Source of the DNA: Candidatus Woesearchaeota archaeon
GTDB taxonomy: Archaea > Nanobdellota > Nanobdellia > Pacearchaeales > GW2011-AR1
DNA length: 64,000 nucleotides
Assembly (NCBI GenBank): GCA_964598185.1
Contig: CAZRAT010000001.1
Span: forward strand, 3,419 to 67,418
Reading direction: 5' to 3'
The translations under genes were made by a program, and so were the position numbers. Of the stretch, positions 47,988 to 55,869 are shown one piece after another. Positions within the stretch are counted from its first letter, which is position 1, and every line of letters begins with the position of its first letter. The notes beneath the pieces are model-generated. The model was not told the origin of the DNA. It did no database searches and worked only from the letters and a program-made list of their open reading frames with translations.

Positions 47988-48314
47988 ATGAAACCAAAAA
48001 AGTTTCTACCAAATCCAGACGAACCAAAAATTATGCGGGCTCCACTTCCAAGAGGCAGAGAAGTAATTGGAATAATTGAACAACGACTTGGAGGAAACAA
48101 AATGATGGTGAACTGCCTTGATGGAAAACAAAGAAACTGCCGGGTTCCAGGAAGATTAAAACGAAGACTCTGGCTTCGCCCAGAAGACGTTATAATTTTA
48201 GAACCTTGGGAACTTAACGACACAAAAGCAGACATTCTTCTCAAATACAAACCAAACCAAATAGCATGGTTAAAAAGAGAAGGTTATTTGAAGACTGAGA
48301 AAGAAGAGTTTTAA
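47988..48314 (+). CDS. eif1a: translation initiation factor aIF-1A
   Basis: LG...M.V.C.DG..R..R.PG....RLW....V...PW. Confidence 0.93.
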   Translation: MKPKKFLPNPDEPKIMRAPLPRGREVIGIIEQRLGGNKMMVNCLDGKQRNCRVPGRLKRRLWLRPEDVIILEPWELNDTKADILLKYKPNQIAWLKREGYLKTEKEEF

Positions 48315-48400
48315 TTCAATACTAATATTCTTTATTTACTACAACAATTGATGAACTCCCTAACAAAAGGTTTTTATACTTGTTGCCTATTCTTATTTAT

Positions 48401-48661
48401 ATGATACTTAGAGAAATTGTTTTAGGACAAACAGAAGAAAGTAAAAGAGATGCTATCCAAAAAAATTTAGGGAAACAAGTAATTCTTAACGATGACCATA
48501 ATGATTGGTGTCATGGAGTTTTATTAAACGACAAATACGATAATGAAGTTTATCAAATGAAAATTGCTGATGGCAGAGGACAAAGACAACTTCATTATCA
48601 CGATTTAAATCAAATGTTGGTTATATCAAATCATTCAGATTATAGAAGCCCTGAAATATAA
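48401..48661 (+). CDS. hypothetical protein
   Basis: 86-aa ORF at the usual rio1 position. Confidence 0.55.
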   Translation: MILREIVLGQTEESKRDAIQKNLGKQVILNDDHNDWCHGVLLNDKYDNEVYQMKIADGRGQRQLHYHDLNQMLVISNHSDYRSPEI

Positions 48662-48737
48662 TAGATTATCATTGTTTTCCAAAAGAGTATCTGGAATATA
48701 ACAAAAACCTTAAAACCTTTCTCTTCTTCTTTCTTCT

Positions 48738-49238
48738 ATGAAAATAATACTTTGTGAAAAACTCCCAAGAATAATAAAAAACAAAAAACGACTTGAAAAG
48801 CTCTTGAATGTAAAAATAAAAAATAGAGGAAAAGAAGTTTCTATTGAAGGAAAGCCAGAAAACGAATATGTTGCAGAAAAAGTTATTGATGCTTTGAATT
48901 ACGGGTTTCCATTTTCAAATGCCATTTTGATAAAAGAACAGAACGCAACATTTGAAATCCTAAACATAAAAGAGCACACAAAAAGAAAAGACCTTGAACG
49001 AATTAGAGCGAGAATAATCGGAACACAAGGGAAAACCCTCAAAACACTGCACGACTTAACAAAATGCAAATTTGAATTAAAAGATAATTATATTGGGATA
49101 ATCGGCGAACCAGAATATATTGAAAGCGCCCAAGACGCAATCATCTCAATAATTAAAGGTTCAAAGCAATCTAATGTTTACAATTTCTTAGAAAAACACC
49201 AAGTCAAAGAACCAATTGATTTGGGGTTAAAGAGATAA
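48738..49238 (+). CDS. KH-domain rRNA processing protein (Dim2/Pno1)
   Basis: RIIGTQGKT, G.....VY.FLE. Confidence 0.88.
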   Translation: MKIILCEKLPRIIKNKKRLEKLLNVKIKNRGKEVSIEGKPENEYVAEKVIDALNYGFPFSNAILIKEQNATFEILNIKEHTKRKDLERIRARIIGTQGKTLKTLHDLTKCKFELKDNYIGIIGEPEYIESAQDAIISIIKGSKQSNVYNFLEKHQVKEPIDLGLKR

Positions 49239-49271
49239 ACTTTAAAAGTAAAAAAAATCTAATTCTTTTAT

Positions 49272-49390
49272 GTCCCGGTGGCTCAGTTGGTAGAGCGATC
49301 GGCTGTTAAGTACAAATCAAGATTTGTTCATTCCATAATCTTGAAATTACGGAAACCGATAGGTCGCTGGTTCGAGTCCAGCCCGGGACG
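49272..49390 (+). tRNA. tRNA-Asn(GTT) with a 46-nt intron at 37/38 (49309-49354)
   Basis: GTCCCGG/CCGGGAC acceptor, ATCGG-CT-GTT-A, TTCGAGT; CTGT/ACGG BHB helix. Confidence 0.93.
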
Positions 49391-49423
49391 TTTTTTTTCC
49401 AGATTGTAAATCTGGACGAGAAC

Positions 49424-49504
49424 TTCGAGTCCGAGCGATTTCGTGGTAGAAGTATAATCCAACAGAAACTTCGTGCGAAGTCGTGAGCAAGCCCGGGACG
49501 TTTT
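49424..49504 (+). repeat. duplicate of the tRNA-Asn T-loop/3' end interrupted by family C element copy 2 (49433-49489)
   Basis: ttcgagtcc[gagcgatttcgtggtaga...cgtgcgaagtcgtgagca]agcccgggacgtttt. Confidence 0.88.
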
Positions 49505-49560
49505 CTAAATAGATACTCAAAAACAACTATTTATTTAAACTAAAACAAGCAATTTATTAA

Positions 49561-49998
49561 ATGGAACATGATAAAAATTATCCAACAAAATTTGATTTAA
49601 ATGATTTTTCCCTTTCAAGCTTTTTTGGTGCAATTCCAGTTTATTTAAATTTACAAAAGGAAGGAAAATTAACCAAAGAAGATTATTCTGCAATTATTCA
49701 TGCTTCAGAGATATTAAAAGAAAAATCAAGAGACTTTAGGATGAAGGAAAACTTTTTAGAAGAGATAATATTTTTCTGGGAACTTTATGGAAAAAAGGAA
49801 AATGAAAGCAAGATAGAAGTATCAAAAAAATTATTCGCAAATAGATTAATAATCTTAAGTGAAGAACTAGCAATAACCAAAGATTTACCAAAAAAAAGAA
49901 TTGAAGAATTAGAATATATTTGTTCCAATCTTTCTCAAAAAATAGGACAATATTGGGAGATCAAAAATCCTACAGGATTTAAAAGATATCAACACTAA
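49561..49998 (+). CDS. hypothetical protein
   Basis: 145-aa orphan downstream of tRNA-Asn. Confidence 0.55.
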   Translation: MEHDKNYPTKFDLNDFSLSSFFGAIPVYLNLQKEGKLTKEDYSAIIHASEILKEKSRDFRMKENFLEEIIFFWELYGKKENESKIEVSKKLFANRLIILSEELAITKDLPKKRIEELEYICSNLSQKIGQYWEIKNPTGFKRYQH

Positions 49999-50028
49999 TT
50001 TTATAAACATCTTCTTCTTATACTAATT

Positions 50029-50583
50029 ATGAATCTAGACAAAGCAATCCAAAATAGACATAGTGTAAGAAGATTTACTTCTAAAAAACCAGACTGGAGA
50101 GACATCATAGAATGTATTGATTCTGTAAGATATGCTCCAATGGCAGGAAACATATTTAGTTTAAAATTCATTGTTGTCAGCGACAAGGAAAAAATTCAAA
50201 ACCTCGCAGATGCAGCACAACAATATTTTATTTCTCAAGCACAATATGTTGTAGTAGTTTGCACAAACCCTTCAAGGACAATTAATTCTTTCGAAGAGCA
50301 AGGAAAAAAATACTGCAAACAACAAGCAGGCGCCGCAATACAAAACTTTCTACTAAAAATACAAGAGTCAAAACTCGCAACCTGCTGGATTGGACATTTT
50401 GTTGAAGAACAAGTAAAAAGAGCCTTACAAATTCCAGAGAATATAAATGTTGAAGCAATATTACCAATAGGTTATGAATATGGAAAAACAGAAAACAAAA
50501 GAAAAATAGATTTTAACCAAATTCTTTATTTTGACAAATATGGAAATAAAAAAATGAACAAGATTAAAACCTTGGATGTTTAA
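50029..50583 (+). CDS. nitroreductase family protein
   Basis: RHSVRRF, AP.AGN, QN.LL, CWIG, PIGY. Confidence 0.9.
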   Translation: MNLDKAIQNRHSVRRFTSKKPDWRDIIECIDSVRYAPMAGNIFSLKFIVVSDKEKIQNLADAAQQYFISQAQYVVVVCTNPSRTINSFEEQGKKYCKQQAGAAIQNFLLKIQESKLATCWIGHFVEEQVKRALQIPENINVEAILPIGYEYGKTENKRKIDFNQILYFDKYGNKKMNKIKTLDV

Positions 50584-50594
50584 AATTAATTTTT

Positions 50595-50963
50595 CTAAGA
50601 ATATAAAACAATTCCTTTAGTTATCTTTGCTGTAAGATTATAAAATAAACCTACGATAAGTCCTGAAAACCACCCCATAATCCCAAAAAGAATTGGGAAG
50701 ATAATTATAGAAAAAGGACTAATTAAAAAAGCCGCAATGCCTCCAACAGTTAATTGTTCAGGAAAAAGTAATAAAACTAATGTTACAAAAATGCCAACAA
50801 TAAGTCCAAAAAACAAATTCAAAACAGCAAACAAATTTGCAAGGGAAAGAACTCCAATTTTTTTAATAGTAACAGATTCTAATTGAACTGCTGATTTTTG
50901 AACCATAGATTTTTGAACAACTTGCTTTGGCTGAGAAACCTTTTTTTGAACCTCTTTTACCAT
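50595..50963 (-). CDS. membrane protein (DUF3566-like)
   Basis: IKKIGVLS + 2 TMs + YN..AK..KG. Confidence 0.6.
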   Translation of the reverse strand: MVKEVQKKVSQPKQVVQKSMVQKSAVQLESVTIKKIGVLSLANLFAVLNLFFGLIVGIFVTLVLLLFPEQLTVGGIAAFLISPFSIIIFPILFGIMGWFSGLIVGLFYNLTAKITKGIVLYS

Positions 50964-51000
50964 TAAAACAAAAGTGATTCCTAATTTATAAATATTTCTA

Positions 51001-51030
51001 AAAAACAAAAACCCTGGGTTTCCCCAGGGC
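51001..51030 (-). terminator. GC hairpin plus U-tract terminator after ftsZ
   Basis: minus strand gccctggggaaacccagggtttttgttttt. Confidence 0.7.
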
Positions 51031-51041
51031 ATTAATAAAAA

Positions 51042-52121
51042 CTATCTTAAAAATTCTATACCTAAATCAGATATCTCCTTAGCCATAGGAAGTGCTTGTT
51101 CTTCAACAGACCTTCCCAAAACATAAGGCGACTTTACTCCGGTCATAATAGTTATCACTCGCACTTTACCAACAAAATCTTTGCTGATTCTCGCACCAAT
51201 AATAACCTGTGCATCAGGACTCAAATTCTCAGAAACAATTTTTCCAATCAAATCGAATTCCTCAAGCTTCAAATCAGGACCACCGGTTATATGTATTAAA
51301 GCTCCATTAGCCCCTCGATAATCCACATCAAGTAGAGGATGAGTCAAGGCTTGCTTTACAGATTCTGTTATACGATCCGCTGTATCTGATTCACCAATTC
51401 CAATCACAGCAACACCACCGCCTTTCATAATAGCAGAGACGTCAGCATAATCCAAATTAATCAAACTAGGTAAAGTAATTGTCTCAACAATTCCCTTTAT
51501 CATAACACTGATTAATTCATTAGCAACAGCAAAAGCTTGTTCAATAGGTAACTGTCCAGCAATATCGACAAGCCGGTTATTATCAAGAACTATGCACGTG
51601 TCTGTCACATCTCTTAGTTCCTGTAAACCAAATTCTGCCTTATCAATTCTTGATTTCTCTGATTCAAAGGGCATGGTCACAACTGAGATTACAACTGCAC
51701 CAGTTTCCTTAGCCAACTGCGCAATTACAGGTGCAGCACCTGTTCCTGTTCCACCACCTAAACCAGCAACAACAAAAACCATATCTGCTTGTCCAACAGC
51801 TTTCTTAATATCAACAATTGCTTCTTTTGCAGCCTCTCTTCCTCTTCTAGCATCTCCTCCAGCACCTAAACCTCTTGTCAATTCCTTTCCAATAAGAAGT
51901 TTCTCATCGGCCTTGGTAACACTTAAATGAAGCGCATCTGTATTTGCTGCATAAATTGTAGCACCTTGAATACCTTTATTAAAAAGCCATGTAACTGCAT
52001 TGCCACCCATTCCTCCAACACCAATAACTTTTATGTTTGCTTTCCCAGCTCTTAATTCATCAAAATTAATGCTGTGGGAATTTGTATTTTCGATTGCTTC
52101 TTTTGCAAAATCTAACACCAT
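51042..52121 (-). CDS. ftsZ: cell division protein FtsZ
   Basis: GVGG.G.N, GLGAGG, GGGTGTG, INLDYAD; GGAGGT SD before the ATG at 52121. Confidence 0.97.
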   Translation of the reverse strand: MVLDFAKEAIENTNSHSINFDELRAGKANIKVIGVGGMGGNAVTWLFNKGIQGATIYAANTDALHLSVTKADEKLLIGKELTRGLGAGGDARRGREAAKEAIVDIKKAVGQADMVFVVAGLGGGTGTGAAPVIAQLAKETGAVVISVVTMPFESEKSRIDKAEFGLQELRDVTDTCIVLDNNRLVDIAGQLPIEQAFAVANELISVMIKGIVETITLPSLINLDYADVSAIMKGGGVAVIGIGESDTADRITESVKQALTHPLLDVDYRGANGALIHITGGPDLKLEEFDLIGKIVSENLSPDAQVIIGARISKDFVGKVRVITIMTGVKSPYVLGRSVEEQALPMAKEISDLGIEFLR

Positions 52122-52379
52122 ATTTTTTATACCTCCTTTCATCCATTTTAAAACCTCCAACAATTAAAATTGTTAAATGGAGAAATCTATGATTTCTCAC
52201 TTATTTTGTATAACTTTTCTACGAAAAGTTTAAATAGTTGGCATACTTCCAACTAATATCAAAAGAATTCAGAGGGAACACCTCTGTATGCATACAGATA
52301 ACATTAATCAACCGCCAAGTAAATTAATATTATAAAAAGACAAACTCATTCTCATTTAAATAATTTTATATTCTAGAAA

Positions 52380-52988
52380 CTATAAGATATCTTTCAATTT
52401 TTCAATCCTTCTCCAACTTTTTTTCAAATTTTCATTAGATTTCTTAACAATCAATTTCAAAAAATCATCATCAACTAAAATTTTACCCTCAGAAATAATT
52501 GGAAACTCAATTTTTTCAGTTCCTATTAATTCCAGAACAAATCTATCTCCCCCAGAAATAATCCCTCCTCGTTTAAAACCAACTGCTCTTGCCTTTTTCA
52601 AAAAATCCAAACTTTGCTCCAAACTTTCACAAGCAACATGCAAAATAACTGGCTCTTGTTTAAATTTGATATTGCCCTTAGTAAAAATCTTCGTAGAAGA
52701 TTTATCGGGGTACACGCGAAGTGTGTCAGATTTTTTTATTTTCTTCAATTCTTTTTTCACTTCTTCAAATGAAATCAAATCATGCCAAACATTTACAAAA
52801 AGTCCTGGGCTTTTTTTTATATTATCAACAATCAAAACAATTCTCCCAGAACACGAAGAAGTTGTATAAAAATTTTCCAAAGAATTAATCTTCTCGCACA
52901 AATTAACAATCTTCTTATCCCAATCTCCTTTAGAAGATTTATCTAATTTAGACAAAGTAGATTTTTTTTGTTGAACAAAACTTTTCAT
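52380..52988 (-). CDS. taw3: tRNA wybutosine methyltransferase TYW3/Taw3 with an in-frame hairpin insertion
   Basis: D.S.KG..D, TTSSCSGRI, P.ILHV. Confidence 0.9.
   Translation of the reverse strand: MKSFVQQKKSTLSKLDKSSKGDWDKKIVNLCEKINSLENFYTTSSCSGRIVLIVDNIKKSPGLFVNVWHDLISFEEVKKELKKIKKSDTLRVYPDKSSTKIFTKGNIKFKQEPVILHVACESLEQSLDFLKKARAVGFKRGGIISGGDRFVLELIGTEKIEFPIISEGKILVDDDFLKLIVKKSNENLKKSWRRIEKLKDIL
52674..52727 (+). repeat. hairpin micro-element family A, copy 3 (54 nt, in-frame in taw3)
   Basis: gcccttagtaaaaatcttcgtagaagatttatcggggtacacgcgaagtgtgtc. Confidence 0.9.
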
Positions 52989-53012
52989 AAAAAAATTAAA
53001 CAGCCAGACTTT

Positions 53013-53729
53013 TTAATCTTTCACCAATATCTCACATTTAATATTTTCTTCCTCGCAAAGTTCCTTGAACTCTTGAGCATCTTCTTCTGTCCCCACTATA
53101 GAACCATAATGCATTGGAATAACCAAATCAGGTTTAATCAATTTCGCCGCCTCAACAGCCTCTTCTACACTCATTGTAAACCTTCCTCCAATAGGCAATA
53201 AAGCAATTAATTTTTTGCCATGTTGTTTATAACCTGTAAGTTTCTGCATTTCAGGAATAACATCTGTGTCTCCTGCATGATAAATTAACAAATTATTTAT
53301 TTTCAAAAAATACCCAACCCATAATTCTTCCTTGGGATGAAAAGGTTTATCAATATTATATGCAGGTAAAACAGAAATCTTTAGATTTCCAAAAATTAAC
53401 TCACTCCCTGGCTCAACAACATCCAATTTAATGGGCACCTCAAACCGCACAATCTTGCTCTGACAATCAGCAGTCAAAACAATCCGCGTCCCTTCCTTAA
53501 TAATTTTCTTAATATCCGCAACACTGCAATGGTCATAATGACTATGTGTCAACAAAATCAAATCTGCCTTCTCAGAATCTTCTTTAATATTATATGGATC
53601 AATGTAAATTATTTTGCCCTTAGTAAAAATCTTCGTAGAAGATTTATCGGGGTACGCCGGTGGTGTAGAATTCTTGATTAAAAACCCTGAATGCCCCAAC
53701 CATTTAAGCTCAAGATCATTAATTTGCAT
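53013..53729 (-). CDS. metallo-beta-lactamase-fold hydrolase (UlaG-like) with an in-frame hairpin insertion
   Basis: WLGHS, THSHYDH, YHAGDT, IPMHY. Confidence 0.9.
   Translation of the reverse strand: MQINDLELKWLGHSGFLIKNSTPPAYPDKSSTKIFTKGKIIYIDPYNIKEDSEKADLILLTHSHYDHCSVADIKKIIKEGTRIVLTADCQSKIVRFEVPIKLDVVEPGSELIFGNLKISVLPAYNIDKPFHPKEELWVGYFLKINNLLIYHAGDTDVIPEMQKLTGYKQHGKKLIALLPIGGRFTMSVEEAVEAAKLIKPDLVIPMHYGSIVGTEEDAQEFKELCEEENIKCEILVKD
53616..53666 (+). repeat. hairpin micro-element family A, copy 4 (51 nt, in-frame in the MBL hydrolase)
   Basis: gcccttagtaaaaatcttcgtagaagatttatcggggtacgccggtggtgt. Confidence 0.9.
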
Positions 53730-53761
53730 AAAATAAAAAATAGAAAATTCTTTTTAAGCTT

Positions 53762-54259
53762 TTAGTAATATTTTCCCCATTCTTGATTCTCACCAGTCTT
53801 TAATTTTTTATCTAACATTTCTAACTCTTCATAAATTCCCTCAATCAAATCAAAATTTTTTGCTTCTTCAAGTGTAACCCATCTATATTCTATCAGAGCA
53901 GGACACAACCTAATAACATCATTAATCGGTTCTGCCCAAAGACTAATTATTAAAGAAGGGATATTATCAGAACGAATATAAACCAAACTAGTCACATATT
54001 CCGGATTTTTAAAATTCAATCCAATTTCCTCCATAACTTCTTTTCTACACAAATCCTCGATAACATTATACCAATGTTCAGAAGTATCTTTTTTCTTCAA
54101 AGCATAATCCAAAACCTCAAGTTTTCCTCCAGGAACAGTCCATTTATTTGGAAAAGCCTTTTCCCAATCAGCACGCTTCGCAATCAAAAATTTTCTCTCT
54201 TTATTAACAAGAATTACTGTCGCAGTAACATAATGAACCTGGTTTTTATCATATTTCAT
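53762..54259 (-). CDS. NUDIX hydrolase
   Basis: W.VPGGKLE....(insert)..RKEVMEEIGL. Confidence 0.85.
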   Translation of the reverse strand: MKYDKNQVHYVTATVILVNKERKFLIAKRADWEKAFPNKWTVPGGKLEVLDYALKKKDTSEHWYNVIEDLCRKEVMEEIGLNFKNPEYVTSLVYIRSDNIPSLIISLWAEPINDVIRLCPALIEYRWVTLEEAKNFDLIEGIYEELEMLDKKLKTGENQEWGKYY

Positions 54260-54346
54260 TCAAAATAACCTCCAAGAAATTTTGGATGAATGAAAAATTT
54301 TAATTTTACTTTCATACATTATTAAAAACAATTTATTTTTTAAAGA

Positions 54347-55147
54347 TTATTGTGATTGATTAACGTCCAACAAAATATAATCTCCAGAAAAACCTACATT
54401 GTAAATTTTTGTCTTTCCGATTTTTTTCATCCCTTTACTTTCATGCATATGCCCACAAAAAACATATTTCGGTTGATTTTTCTTAACATAATCCAAAATC
54501 ACTTTACTTCCAGCATGTTTTCCATACCAATCCTTAGGCCCATTTCTATTCATCATCCTATCTAAAATCCCATAAGGTGGCTGATGACAAACTAAAATAT
54601 CCAAATCCTTAAATCTCTTCAAAACTCTTTTAGCTTTTTCAGTCTCTTTTTTAGCCTCATTAATTCTTTTTTTATCTTTTTCTTTAAATTCTTTAATCCA
54701 ACAATTATCAATAAAATATTCTAAAAAACCTATCCTTAATCCATTAATATTTCTTAATTGGTTTTTAACAAGATAAACTCCCTCCATTTTATTAACCATG
54801 CCCAGAGTATAAGGTAATTTAATTCCATATTTTTCTGTATCCTTTTTTATTTGTGAAGCATTAGGGATTCCAACATTTCCTTGAAGAGTATAAACAGGTG
54901 CATGTTTTGATAAAGTTCTCAAGATTTTTATAGTAGAATTATGTATTTCCATATGGATTTTTTTTGCTTCTAATTTAGTAGTCTCTCTTTTTTCTAAACC
55001 TTGTCTTCTTCTTTCAACATTTTCAAAAGCTATCTTCCTTGCTAAATCAGCTTTTCCTAAATCTCCTGGAATAAAAATTAAATCTAAATTTTTAGGAATT
55101 TTTTTGGGCAAAACACCGTGTGGGTCTCCAATAATTAATATTTTCAT
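54347..55147 (-). CDS. metallophosphoesterase
   Basis: GDPH, GD, GN, HQPP, CGHMHE. Confidence 0.85.
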   Translation of the reverse strand: MKILIIGDPHGVLPKKIPKNLDLIFIPGDLGKADLARKIAFENVERRRQGLEKRETTKLEAKKIHMEIHNSTIKILRTLSKHAPVYTLQGNVGIPNASQIKKDTEKYGIKLPYTLGMVNKMEGVYLVKNQLRNINGLRIGFLEYFIDNCWIKEFKEKDKKRINEAKKETEKAKRVLKRFKDLDILVCHQPPYGILDRMMNRNGPKDWYGKHAGSKVILDYVKKNQPKYVFCGHMHESKGMKKIGKTKIYNVGFSGDYILLDVNQSQ

Positions 55148-55839
55148 TTTAATAAAAAATTTATACAATCTTCTGAGAATCTTAAGACACTTTGAAAACT
55201 TTTTAAGTTTATTTTTCTGCTCAAAATCTTCTCAGAATCCTCAGGAATTTTAATTTCTGGATAATTTTTTTTAAATTCAAGTAACAAATCTTCTTTCTTA
55301 TAAATATCAACATTAGAAAGCATTGCTCTCAAAATCGTTTTGAATAAAAAATTAACAGAATCTTTTTTAGTTTTGGTGTCTAAACAACTTCTTAACGCAA
55401 AATTTACTTCTAATATAATTTTGATAATTATCTGTTTATTAGAAATTTTAAAAGTATCCTTAAAAGGACTTTTTCCAAAAAGAATTTTTTTAGATTTATC
55501 TTGACATAGGTTATTAACTAAAAATGAATCTACACTTAATTTTAAATCTAAACCTTGAAAAGGTACTATCGAAATTTTATATTTTGCGTCCCTTAATCTA
55601 TTACCTGAAGCAATATCAAAAACAATTTCTTCATATTTATCCTCAAAATATTTAATTATTTGAAGTAATTTCTCATAATCTCCTGTAGAGAATATTAGTT
55701 TATTAGAAAACAAAATTAAATCAACATCATCAAAATTCTTTGAATAGGTAGACGAGCCAAATTGGATTATACTTTTAAGATTTAATTTTCTACTGCATTC
55801 ATCAACAAATTCTTTTAAGATATTGTTAAAAATTTTCAT
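55144..55839 (-). CDS. Pol-beta-like (MNT-type) nucleotidyltransferase with a helical C-terminal domain
   Basis: FGSS.......DVD. Confidence 0.7.
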   Translation of the reverse strand: MKIFNNILKEFVDECSRKLNLKSIIQFGSSTYSKNFDDVDLILFSNKLIFSTGDYEKLLQIIKYFEDKYEEIVFDIASGNRLRDAKYKISIVPFQGLDLKLSVDSFLVNNLCQDKSKKILFGKSPFKDTFKISNKQIIIKIILEVNFALRSCLDTKTKKDSVNFLFKTILRAMLSNVDIYKKEDLLLEFKKNYPEIKIPEDSEKILSRKINLKSFQSVLRFSEDCINFLLK

Positions 55840-55869
55840 AATTAATTTAAAAGACTATCATTTAAAAAT

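Noticed and set aside
17218..49504. tRNA duplicates as split/permuted tRNA halves or CRISPR repeats
   Set aside because: Complete tRNAs are present, the fragments lack complementary trans-splicing leaders, and there is no regular repeat-spacer period
1068..53666. Coding inserts as BHB-spliced mRNA introns
   Set aside because: No convincing bulge-helix-bulge at the boundaries, lengths are 3n and stop-free, and the fold favours the antisense strand; not formally excluded without RT-PCR
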